From positions 1 through 32,516 of the IMG/VR virus record IMGVR_UViG_3300025751_000081: a stretch of 32,516 nt of DNA; one strand, written 5' to 3'. Of this stretch, positions 18,700-26,893 are shown one piece after another (the stretch's first letter is position 1; each line of letters opens with the position of its first letter). The translations under genes and the position numbers were made by a program. The DNA comes from a virus (taxonomy: Duplodnaviria > Caudoviricetes). The notes below the pieces were generated by a model that saw nothing but the letters and a program-made list of their open reading frames with translations, was not told the origin of the DNA and made no database searches.

Positions 18700-18806
18700 G
18701 TATGTAATTGCTTAAAACAATTGGAAGGAACAGAACAACAGCGGGGAATGTGCTGTATTCTGTTGGATATTAGCCTTTTCATCAAAAACAGCCATTCATC
18801 GCCACA

Positions 18807-18813
18807 ATAAATA
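18807..18813 (+). promoter_or_regulatory. T4-late-type promoter motif ATAAATA
   Basis: caATAAATAcaaaatatAGGAGaagacgATG. Confidence 0.65.
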
Positions 18814-18832
18814 CAAAATATAGGAGAAGACG

Positions 18833-19204
18833 ATGGCACAACAACAGGACTACACAGGCGCACACAATGATGATGCACTGCAAAGGGCAATTGATTTCAT
18901 CACATCAGATTACTATCAACACAATGATAACTGGGTGCAAGGTGATTTAGAATGCGGTTTGGATGCGGATCACTATTGGCACATACGCAATCACTGGCAC
19001 GCAATTATCTCACAACCACAAGGCTTGCTGGATTGGTGCAAACGAACAATAAATCCACAAACAGGATGCACATTGGCGGATGCATTGTATCAAGTGATGT
19101 TTTTATGCAAGTATGCAGGACTTCAACGACACTACATCAAATATCAAGCACAAACTGGGCAAATTGATGAACAACAGCAATTGGTTGAGTTATTGGCAGT
19201 ATAA
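18833..19204 (+). CDS. Hypothetical protein
   Basis: 123 aa with AGGAG SD, downstream of both promoter types. Confidence 0.75.
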   Translation: MAQQQDYTGAHNDDALQRAIDFITSDYYQHNDNWVQGDLECGLDADHYWHIRNHWHAIISQPQGLLDWCKRTINPQTGCTLADALYQVMFLCKYAGLQRHYIKYQAQTGQIDEQQQLVELLAV

Positions 19205-19276
19205 ATCAGTCAAAAAACACCTATTTGGGCATCAAAATGCTTCAATTTGATAAGTACAACTATAAAGGAGAACACA

Positions 19277-19834
19277 ATGCTACAAATCACAGCATCAACA
19301 CAAGAGTATGACGGCGAATTAATCCACGGGCAAGAAGCCAGCATCAGGGTAGTGCCAGCGGATGAAGTACAAGCACAACAGCTTCACGAAACACTCAAAC
19401 AGGGTTGTATCGCAGTCGCACACTACATAGACAAGCGTTTTGGAGAGGATTTTTTTCTAAAACACATCAACCGTCACCCGTTTAAAAAAGTCAAGGGCAA
19501 ATCACAACTACAGGAACTAAAATGGTTTCCCCACACTAAAAACGCCGCTTACAGGCAACAGCACGGCTTGGGCAAATATTATACGCACGAGGAATTGATA
19601 GACAGCATATTATATAAATGTAATACCACGCTCAAATCAGGCGGGCTTGAACATTTTACCTTGGCACAAATCAATCGCTGGAACAGATATATGAGATATA
19701 TGAATTTGCTGGAGCATCGCGACTACAACGGTGCTTGGGACACATATAAAATACAAATTGTTAAAGCACCCGTGAAACAGCAGTTAAAATCAAAACCTGG
19801 GCATATATGCGGAATGGAGATAGCACAACTATGA
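19277..19834 (+). CDS. Hypothetical protein (start revised to ATG 19277)
   Basis: ATAAGTA at 19250-19256, then AAAGGAG SD 6 nt before ATG 19277 (MLQITAST...). Confidence 0.78.
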   Translation: MLQITASTQEYDGELIHGQEASIRVVPADEVQAQQLHETLKQGCIAVAHYIDKRFGEDFFLKHINRHPFKKVKGKSQLQELKWFPHTKNAAYRQQHGLGKYYTHEELIDSILYKCNTTLKSGGLEHFTLAQINRWNRYMRYMNLLEHRDYNGAWDTYKIQIVKAPVKQQLKSKPGHICGMEIAQL

Positions 19835-20085
19835 CGGAACACACTTGTAATATGCTGGTAGGAGAAAAGCGGATTGAACTACGCTTTCATCGTAAAGCAA
19901 AGAAATTAAGCAAACACATCAGCACAGATGTACGCAAATCTGTAATACAGCGTTATTTGGCAGGTGAATTTGGCGAAAACAAGCTCATAGAAGCAGATAT
20001 GAACAAGCAAATTGATGCTTACATAGAACGCAAACGCATCAAACACACAAACAGAGAATACATCAAGCACTTTCTTTTTGGTTGA
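19831..20085 (+). CDS. Small basic hypothetical protein (start revised to 19831)
   Basis: ATGA overlap with the upstream gene and GGAG SD; ends ...KHFLFG. Confidence 0.68.
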   Translation: MTEHTCNMLVGEKRIELRFHRKAKKLSKHISTDVRKSVIQRYLAGEFGENKLIEADMNKQIDAYIERKRIKHTNREYIKHFLFG

Positions 20086-20111
20086 TTTTTTCAAACACGA
20101 GAAAGTATAAT
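20082..20111 (+). promoter_or_regulatory. Sigma70-type promoter pointing into a non-coding region
   Basis: TTGATT-N18-TATAAT. Confidence 0.55.
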
Positions 20112-20540
20112 TATTAATAGGCACATTTAGGCACACACTAGGCACTTTTTATTACACACAACATTGGGCAAATTTTAGGCTATATAGTTCCCACACAAAC
20201 ACAGCAAAATGCGGTTGAAACACACAGGTGAATTGCTTGGAACCGTTGGTGTTAGCGATATTAACACAAAGTCAGCAACGAAACTGCGTAGATGACACGA
20301 GGCAGTATAATACAATTGTTAGAGGTTGGGTTAGGACAAAGCCCTGTTGCATATGACTTGCGTTAGCGAAAAATACCTCTTGTCTAAAAGGGCAAATGCT
20401 TTTTTTATATGACACTTGCGTACGGTGTCGTATGAGCAAATGATAGATACTAATCCAATTGGAAAGTGTTTAATACGAAGCTGTGCTTCGTATTATTAGT
20501 GCTGTAGCAAAGCTACAGCCTAAACACTGCTTACAGCAAT
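20112..20540 (+). ncRNA. Candidate structured non-coding RNA and/or replication origin
   Basis: No convincing ORF; TAGGCAC x3 and several nested stems (20283-20306, 20321-20380, 20407-20433, 20465-20528). Confidence 0.45.
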
Positions 20541-20557
20541 TACATGAAATTGGTCAC

Positions 20558-20593
20558 AAAAAAAGAAAGGACTGCTAACACAACAGCCCTTTC
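20558..20593 (-). terminator. Intrinsic terminator downstream of scaffold gene
   Basis: GAAAGGGCTGTT-gtgtt-AGCAGTCCTTTC-T7; the G:U pairs work only on the minus-strand RNA. Confidence 0.85.
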
Positions 20594-20641
20594 TCAAGTA
20601 ACAATATAAAGGAGAGACATATGTCAATGCCTCACTTGTAT

Positions 20642-21418
20642 TTATCCACCCAGTTGAGTCAGCTTTTCATACATCCTATATAATTCAGCTCTTGCGTTAT
20701 CGCCAATTGGATCGCCTTGAGGTAAATTCATTTTAGGATCATTTCTCATCTCTCGTATTTTTTCTCTGATGCTGATTGTGTCCTCAGTTCTTGACTGCGT
20801 GTTGGTGATTGGATTGGGCACTTTGCCACCATCCATCATGTTGTACAATATTTCAAGTCCGTCTGCTGTGTCTGTCAAAGGCATAGTCAATACATGTGCT
20901 GGCAAACTGCTGGCATATTTTTTTACTGCGGCCAATTTGGTGTCATATTCATTGCCCCATTTTGTTTTCAAATTTGCGTTTTCTTGTTCTAGGTCAGCAC
21001 GAACAGGCATTTGTTTTTGATACTGTTCATCGATGTTTCCCAGCTGGTCTTTGTATAGTGCCACCACACCTTCAATTTGTTTTTGCGACATGTTCAATGT
21101 GCGGAACAAATCCTCAGCTTCACGCTTGGTGTCCTCATCACCTGTCAAATCCATGTCCATGTTATTGACAAAATCCCATGAATACTCTTTGGGTGCTTTG
21201 GGTATGTCAGCCAGTTTCTTTTCAAGTTCATTGTATGATTTGGCCAAATCTTCTGGTGTTTTAAATTTTTCAGGTAACCAATCATATTGGGTAGTTTGTT
21301 CTGTGGTTTCTGCAGATTCTGTTGGTTGTGCATCGCCTAGCAAACCTTGTGTTTCAGTAGGCGCTGTTGTTTCAGTTGTTTCAACTGTTTCAGTTGCTGG
21401 TGTGTTTTCTTCACTCAT
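20642..21418 (-). CDS. Capsid assembly scaffold protein
   Basis: Acidic T/E-rich N-terminus; WLPEKFKTPEDLAKSYNELEKKL and LKTKWGNEYD motifs. Confidence 0.88.
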   Translation of the reverse strand: MSEENTPATETVETTETTAPTETQGLLGDAQPTESAETTEQTTQYDWLPEKFKTPEDLAKSYNELEKKLADIPKAPKEYSWDFVNNMDMDLTGDEDTKREAEDLFRTLNMSQKQIEGVVALYKDQLGNIDEQYQKQMPVRADLEQENANLKTKWGNEYDTKLAAVKKYASSLPAHVLTMPLTDTADGLEILYNMMDGGKVPNPITNTQSRTEDTISIREKIREMRNDPKMNLPQGDPIGDNARAELYRMYEKLTQLGG

Positions 21419-21653
21419 CGTAGTTGTCTCCTGTTAAGTTTGATTTGTTTTCATTCATTTCCATCATATTACGAATACGCTGGATCAATTGTTGTTGTGC
21501 TATTTTGTAGATAGCACTGTTGGCATTGGGTGCATCACTGCTGATTCTGGTTTGGTTTGTTATGCGTTCTAAATCATTCATAACAGCACGACCATTGTCA
21601 GTGTCAAACACACGCTGATAACATTCTTTCAATTGTTTCATTGTTGGTTTCAT
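21411..21653 (-). CDS. Bbp19-like small protein
   Basis: YQRVFDTDNGRAVMNDL motif; sits between portal and scaffold. Confidence 0.75.
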   Translation of the reverse strand: MKPTMKQLKECYQRVFDTDNGRAVMNDLERITNQTRISSDAPNANSAIYKIAQQQLIQRIRNMMEMNENKSNLTGDNYDE

Positions 21654-22114
21654 TTCAGTTTCCTTGCATATGTGTAGCCCGCAGGTTCCAATCCTAATCT
21701 TGTGAACACACGATTGTATGCTGGACGATCACTCCAACTGAACATGTACAACATGTTTGCATCTCTGCGTTGTCCCCATTCAGCAAAACGATCAATCAAC
21801 ATTTTGGGATATTTTGGATTGCACGGTCTATTTGTAAGCAACACAATCACTGAACAATCCACACTTTGTATCCAATAGTTTTCCATCAGTTCGCCCACTA
21901 TCAAGCAGTGCAAATGTCCGTCATCATCTTCAATGCCTTGTGTGTAGCCATAACCAGGTTTGCGTATATCCAAATTGATCATGTGATCTAACCATCTATC
22001 GCAATAAGGTTTGCCTTTGTCGTGTTTGTGATGTTCAACCCATTGTCTTGCCATGTTAACAAGCGTTTGGCGTTTTTCAGGTGTGGTGTAGTCTTGGCCG
22101 TTTACAAATTTCAT
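21650..22114 (-). CDS. Probable GNAT-fold acetyltransferase
   Basis: ...KMLIDRFAEWGQRRDANMLYM...YNRVFTRLGLEPAGYTYARKL resembles the GNAT C-terminal motifs; ATAAATA at 22144-22150 upstream. Confidence 0.6.
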   Translation of the reverse strand: MKFVNGQDYTTPEKRQTLVNMARQWVEHHKHDKGKPYCDRWLDHMINLDIRKPGYGYTQGIEDDDGHLHCLIVGELMENYWIQSVDCSVIVLLTNRPCNPKYPKMLIDRFAEWGQRRDANMLYMFSWSDRPAYNRVFTRLGLEPAGYTYARKLK

Positions 22115-22149
22115 TTGTGTTCATTTCAGTTTGTGTTCAGTTTTATTTA

Positions 22150-23685
22150 TTAAGCAGTTGGACCCATGCCGCTGGGTGGTACCACTTGCTGTGGGTTCTG
22201 TTCTTGTATTGATTCAGTTGCTTGTTGTAGCATTTGTGCTTGTTGTTGCTGTTGCATTCTTTCTGCAACTTGTTCTTCATCGAGTACAACTTCAGGTGAT
22301 AGATCACCATCTCTAATAATTTTTCTTGCCAATGCACCCATGTTGATTTGTGCAACGCCTTCAGGTCCTAGCTGTGATATGATTTGTAGTATCTGCAGGT
22401 CTCTTTGTATCTCTGACATGCTGATACCTTTTTTAACTGCTGAATTAACAACTATTTCATACTGCGTACCATCATTGATAAACTCTGGTAGTTCGCCTCT
22501 TAACTGCAAACGCTTGATTAAATTTTTAATCACAGGGCGTAAAAACTCTTGCTCCATGCGTAGTCCTGCTGGACCAATCTTTCTAAAAAATTCTGCTTGT
22601 CTAACTTGTACTTCAAACGCAGTCATTTGTTGTGATTGATCTGGTGATATGATTGAATCATTAAACAATAGTTTGTTGATTTTCATACGCTGATCTTCTA
22701 CTGCTTGGAAACTAATTTGGAAGTTGCCTGGAAATGGAATTGGTTGTAATGGTGAGTCAACTGTAATTACATCACCTGGTTCAATTTTCATATTAGCAAA
22801 GTTGACTGTGCTTTCATTACCATCTGTTTGCCATGCACCTAATCCAGCCCATGCACTTTGTTGCATGATCAATTGTGTTGCTTGATTGGCTACACGAATG
22901 TGTGGTAATGCTTGGCGTAGTGGACTAGAGCCCCATACTGAGCCAAGTTCTTTGGTAAATCTAAACACAATAAACATTTGTGCTGGCGTTGGTGTCTCTT
23001 CCAACATAACCATTTTGTCTTCAGTAAACACTCTGTACATCAATTGCTTGTCACTTGGTAACTGCAAACATGTTTCAAGTATTTTTACTTTGCTTTGTGG
23101 ATTTTTGTCTGCTTGTCTTTGTATTTCTGCAGGCACTTTGTTGCCGTATTTTTCAACTACATATTGTGCTGGTAGATGATGTTGTCTAAACACTGTGTCA
23201 ACTTCACCTTTGTGATTGTCTAAGAAATACAATTGATATGTTGGTATAGCCATAAAGTCTATGCCAGCATCTGTTTCAACCATTGTTAATGCACCAGTAC
23301 CACTGATCACACAATCAGTAAGTGCTTCAGAAGCCGCAACATAGAAGCCGCTGTCTCTGATTGTTTTGAACACAACCTTGTTGGCCATGTCTAACATTCT
23401 TCTTACATCAGGTGCTACTTGTGGTTTGATTTCATCTCTTACATCAATGTGTGCCCACTGTTGGTTTTGTGGTATCAACAGAGTAAGAATAGTTGAAACT
23501 AAATTTTGTACGCCATCAGCCGCTGTTGCATCAAACAATTTTGTTCTATCAACTTCGCCTTCTTGTACACGCCAAATGTCTCTGTTGGGGAAAGTAAATT
23601 TGTACGCCTCAGATATTTCTGGTTCGTGCAATTCTCTTGCCGCTTTTGCTTGTGAGAATATTTTTTTGATTACTGTTTCACTCAT
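22150..23685 (-). CDS. Portal (head-to-tail connector) protein
   Basis: 511 aa; LFDATAADGVQNL, GTGAL, VWGSSP..ALP, MTAFEVQVR and EFLRPVI motifs of the T7 gp8/Bbp21 family. Confidence 0.93.
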   Translation of the reverse strand: MSETVIKKIFSQAKAARELHEPEISEAYKFTFPNRDIWRVQEGEVDRTKLFDATAADGVQNLVSTILTLLIPQNQQWAHIDVRDEIKPQVAPDVRRMLDMANKVVFKTIRDSGFYVAASEALTDCVISGTGALTMVETDAGIDFMAIPTYQLYFLDNHKGEVDTVFRQHHLPAQYVVEKYGNKVPAEIQRQADKNPQSKVKILETCLQLPSDKQLMYRVFTEDKMVMLEETPTPAQMFIVFRFTKELGSVWGSSPLRQALPHIRVANQATQLIMQQSAWAGLGAWQTDGNESTVNFANMKIEPGDVITVDSPLQPIPFPGNFQISFQAVEDQRMKINKLLFNDSIISPDQSQQMTAFEVQVRQAEFFRKIGPAGLRMEQEFLRPVIKNLIKRLQLRGELPEFINDGTQYEIVVNSAVKKGISMSEIQRDLQILQIISQLGPEGVAQINMGALARKIIRDGDLSPEVVLDEEQVAERMQQQQQAQMLQQATESIQEQNPQQVVPPSGMGPTA

Positions 23686-23690
23686 ATGAT

Positions 23691-23972
23691 TTACTGTCCG
23701 CCGATTTGACCAAGAAGTGTTCTTCTGTACTCAGGGCCTATAGCTTCTGTAGTAACACCAATTGAACCAGCACCGCCTCTTCTAGTTAATAATCTGCCTC
23801 TGCCTTTACGCTTTCTCATTGATTGACGAAGTTCATTTGCCGCATCAGATCGTTTAATTTCTTTGTCAATTCTGATTTGACGCATTTCTCTTTCTTGTGC
23901 AATCTTGTCTTGCGCTCTAGCCATTTCTTCTGGTGTAGGAGCAGGTGGAATTTTTGGTTTCATGAATCCCAT
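23691..23972 (-). CDS. Small virion-associated protein upstream of portal
   Basis: MGFMKPKIPPAP...RKGRGRLLTRRG...RRTLLG, a typical pre-portal gene. Confidence 0.7.
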   Translation of the reverse strand: MGFMKPKIPPAPTPEEMARAQDKIAQEREMRQIRIDKEIKRSDAANELRQSMRKRKGRGRLLTRRGGAGSIGVTTEAIGPEYRRTLLGQIGGQ

Positions 23973-24319
23973 TATTGAACTCCTAGTTTGTCACCAATAA
24001 AGTTGATCATACCTAACAAGCCTCTTCTTTCACCTGTTGGATTTGATTCAACTCCTAATGCAGTGCCTCTTCTTGTAATCAACGCTCCTCTGCCTCTTGC
24101 TCTTCTTCTATTAGCTGTTGTGCTCATATCTCTTCTTCTAGTTTCTGATCTAGCGCCAGAACCTGAGTAAACAACTGTAGGTGGTGGAGGTGGTGGCGGA
24201 GGTGGTGGTGGAGGTGGACTGCCGCCGCCGCATAATGCGACTGGGCCATCATATTCATAACTATCTTCTTCTATGATATTGCCGTCTTTGTCCCACACAA
24301 TTTTATTGTAAATTTTCAT
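23972..24319 (-). CDS. Poly-proline virion-associated protein, paralogue of 23691..23972
   Basis: Acidic leader ...YEYDGPVALC-GGGS-P13, then RARGRGALITRRG...RRGLLG; ATAAATA at 24404-24410 upstream. Confidence 0.7.
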   Translation of the reverse strand: MKIYNKIVWDKDGNIIEEDSYEYDGPVALCGGGSPPPPPPPPPPPPPTVVYSGSGARSETRRRDMSTTANRRRARGRGALITRRGTALGVESNPTGERRGLLGMINFIGDKLGVQ

Positions 24320-24409
24320 ATCGCCTTAATCCTTTTACGCATGTGCGTTAAGTTATATATATAATATACATATCCCTGTTATGACTTTGCATAACACTGT
24401 AGTTATTTA

Positions 24410-25867
24410 TCAATCCAATCTTGATATTTTTGCTACACCACCAGTGCTTTGTAGTGTGCTTTGTATTGATGGTATTCTGCTTACATCAACAGCAGGTTCT
24501 GGTAAGTGTGATATTGATTCACTTACAGCATCTATACAGTCATCATGTGCATTGTTTGGAAAATCTTCAAGCTCACTCATAAAATTGCTGTTCTTTGCAA
24601 CTCTTTCATGCACATACATTCTGCCAATTTTGATCAAAGGTTCTAATGTTTGTGCAATAAACACACGCTTGTTTTGTGTTCTAAATTTGTTTACAAAATT
24701 TATTTTGCGTTTCATTTCTTTGCAAATTCTTTTGGCTTCATTCAATAGTGATGATGAAAAGTTTTCTTCAATAAACACAGTGCCTATGCCATATTTGGCA
24801 CAAGCATGTACTATCTGCACAATTTGATTTGAAAAGTCTTTGGTTTCTTTGTCTACTGCATTTAGTTGTATAACATCATGCACAAACACATTGCCTTTGT
24901 CATCACGCATAGTAACAGCAAACACAGAAGCATCCCTACCATGCAAGCCTGTTGCTGGGTCCCATGCTCCTGCCATACGCCTTATGTTTGGTGCATTGTC
25001 CTTGTCGCCCAAGCGTACCACAGGCAAGTATCCACCAAATGGTTGTGGTAAATGATGTACCATAATATCTTTTTTGTAGTATTGGATTTTGTCTAGTTCA
25101 ATAAGTGGTTCATATGTTTTACTTGGTATGAGCATGTACTGACTTTTGAAGTCCCCTTCTGTTGTAGAAGCTCGTTCACGCTCCAACCAATCCCAATCAA
25201 ATTGTCCATCAGGATGATTAGGCCAAGCAAGTTGTTCTGTTTCTGCATTGTACACAGGTATCTTGTGTATATGATATCCAATGTCCACAAGGTGATCGTA
25301 GAGTGATTCACTGCTGTGCGGCGTGCCACATAGCAAAATGTTTGGCGCCATCTTTGAAAATTCTGACACACGCTCTTTAATTCTTTCTCTTGCTTCTTTG
25401 GTAATGCTGTTGTCAGAAACTTCCAAGTCATCACCTATAATTAAATCGGCGTGCATACCCGTGTATGAAGCACCCAAACTTGTTACAGCAACACTTGGAT
25501 TCAAACTAATTACATCTCTATCAACTGTAAAGTTTTGTACTTGCCATTGTGTTAAATCTTTTTTTAAATGCTGTGTAAGTGGATTGGTTTCAATCACAGT
25601 TCTAATCATCAATGAATTACGCAACGCAACATTTCTTTTTGCAGAAACAATTATGCAACTAAAATTTGGATCCATTAACAAACGCCACACCACATACAAA
25701 CAAGTCAAATGACTTTTGCCTGCATGTCTAAACACTTGTATTATGCGTCTTGGATTTTTTTGTGTTTGTTCAAACCAATCACACATTGCCAAATGCAAGT
25801 CTGGTGTTGTACGCCCGTCAAGAATATTTTGTACATCCACAAATTGGCGAAATGGAATGTAATCCAT
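24410..25867 (-). CDS. terL: Terminase large subunit
   Basis: Walker A VFRHAGKS, Walker B GMHADLIIGDD, CGTP coupling motif, nuclease WDPA..GRD and HDDCIDA. Confidence 0.95.
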   Translation of the reverse strand: MDYIPFRQFVDVQNILDGRTTPDLHLAMCDWFEQTQKNPRRIIQVFRHAGKSHLTCLYVVWRLLMDPNFSCIIVSAKRNVALRNSLMIRTVIETNPLTQHLKKDLTQWQVQNFTVDRDVISLNPSVAVTSLGASYTGMHADLIIGDDLEVSDNSITKEARERIKERVSEFSKMAPNILLCGTPHSSESLYDHLVDIGYHIHKIPVYNAETEQLAWPNHPDGQFDWDWLERERASTTEGDFKSQYMLIPSKTYEPLIELDKIQYYKKDIMVHHLPQPFGGYLPVVRLGDKDNAPNIRRMAGAWDPATGLHGRDASVFAVTMRDDKGNVFVHDVIQLNAVDKETKDFSNQIVQIVHACAKYGIGTVFIEENFSSSLLNEAKRICKEMKRKINFVNKFRTQNKRVFIAQTLEPLIKIGRMYVHERVAKNSNFMSELEDFPNNAHDDCIDAVSESISHLPEPAVDVSRIPSIQSTLQSTGGVAKISRLD

Positions 25868-25870
25868 TTG

Positions 25871-26236
25871 TTAGTCCTCTTTTTTAAATTCTATTATTTC
25901 TGCCTGCTCTGTTTGATGTTTAAGTTGTTCTTCAAGTCTTGATTTTGCTTTGGCCAATAATTCATCTGCTTGTTTTTTTTCTGTCATATGATTTTTGCCT
26001 TGTGGATGCACTGCACCGCTGGCATGTTGTGCTAAACTTTTTAACAATGCTAAATGTGCCTTTCTTGCATTCACAGTAAAAGTTGTTTTTTTGATGTAGT
26101 GCGGATCATCTAGTGATGGCCAAGCCGCATCTGAAAATAATTCATGTGCATGAACTACTTCGCTTTCAAAATATTTTTCTGCTAATTCTTTTAGTATTTT
26201 TGTAAATTCTTCATCTACTCTGTTTTTATCTGTCAT
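25871..26236 (-). CDS. Probable terminase small subunit
   Basis: 121 aa helical protein immediately upstream of terL with AAGGA SD; positional call. Confidence 0.55.
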   Translation of the reverse strand: MTDKNRVDEEFTKILKELAEKYFESEVVHAHELFSDAAWPSLDDPHYIKKTTFTVNARKAHLALLKSLAQHASGAVHPQGKNHMTEKKQADELLAKAKSRLEEQLKHQTEQAEIIEFKKED

Positions 26237-26253
26237 TTCGTTTCCTTTAAAAT

Positions 26254-26336
26254 GCGGAGTGCAATTTTTTATCGCGACACTGCACTCCGCTACATATAGG
26301 AGTAATTGAAGGATGGCTGTCCTACATCAATTACTT
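26254..26336 (-). promoter_or_regulatory. Two-hairpin structured leader of the terminase operon
   Basis: AGTAATTGA...TCAATTACT (26301-26335) and GCGGAGTGCA...TGCACTCCGC-ATTTT (26254-26290). Confidence 0.65.
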
Positions 26337-26339
26337 CGC

Positions 26340-26351
26340 ATAAGTATTTAT
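26340..26351. promoter_or_regulatory. Overlapping divergent late-type promoters (ATAAGTA on +, ATAAATA on -)
   Basis: ATAAGTATTTAT between the terminase operon and the oxygenase; same geometry as 17382-17393. Confidence 0.7.
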
Positions 26352-26377
26352 GTAAGAACAAAAGTGGGGTAAATGAA

Positions 26378-26893
26378 ATGAATCTAAACGAATATGTAAT
26401 GGTGCTACCTATTGCAAACGCAAGAGTATGCAAAGAACTAATCAATCAATATAACACAGACAATCTACATCAAGCCACAAGTGCCACAGCAACAGGTAAT
26501 AAAGTGCTTAAAGATCATAGATTATGCGACACAATAAAAATAGAAGATCAACGAATAGACGACATTGTGTGGGAAGCACATGATGAGTACAGACGCAAAC
26601 ATCCTATGATGTACTGCAAAGCACAAACAGAAAGTCAATTTTTACGCTACGGACCGGGTGGTAAGTTTGAAGAACATGTTGATACATATGCAAATTCACC
26701 ACGCACTATGAGTGTGTCTATTATATTAAATGATGATTACACAGGTGGGGAGTTTATGTTTTTTAACAAACAACTTGTGATCAAACCTGTGGTTGGTGAT
26801 GTTATAATGTTTCCATCAAACTTTATGTTTCCGCACGGTGTTATGCCTGTGAAATTTGGCACAAGATTTGCTGTGGTTAATTGGCTTAATTAA
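26378..26893 (+). CDS. 2OG-Fe(II) oxygenase (prolyl-4-hydroxylase-like; start revised to 26378)
   Basis: HVD...LNDDYTGGEF...FPSNFMFPHGV.PV..GTR...VNW gives an HxD..H triad plus the 2OG-binding Arg. Confidence 0.9.
   Translation: MNLNEYVMVLPIANARVCKELINQYNTDNLHQATSATATGNKVLKDHRLCDTIKIEDQRIDDIVWEAHDEYRRKHPMMYCKAQTESQFLRYGPGGKFEEHVDTYANSPRTMSVSIILNDDYTGGEFMFFNKQLVIKPVVGDVIMFPSNFMFPHGVMPVKFGTRFAVVNWLN

Noticed and set aside
17672-18890. Short ORFs in the repeat-rich tract (17672-, 17946-, 18117+, 18500-, 18696-)
   Set aside because: Mutually overlapping, Cys-rich, non-ATG or SD-less starts; more consistent with non-coding DNA.
20621-20683. Plus-strand 20-codon ORF MSMPHLYLSTQLSQLFIHPI with strong SD
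   Set aside because: Mostly antisense to the scaffold 3' end and peptide unremarkable; not listed as a CDS but kept as the alternative to the anti-SD sRNA.
26306-26377. Track start of the oxygenase at 26306 (likewise 30161, 19247, 19807 for other genes)
   Set aside because: The extensions run through promoter motifs, hairpins or the upstream gene; downstream ATGs at 26378, 30131, 19277 and 19831 fit SD or promoter spacing better.
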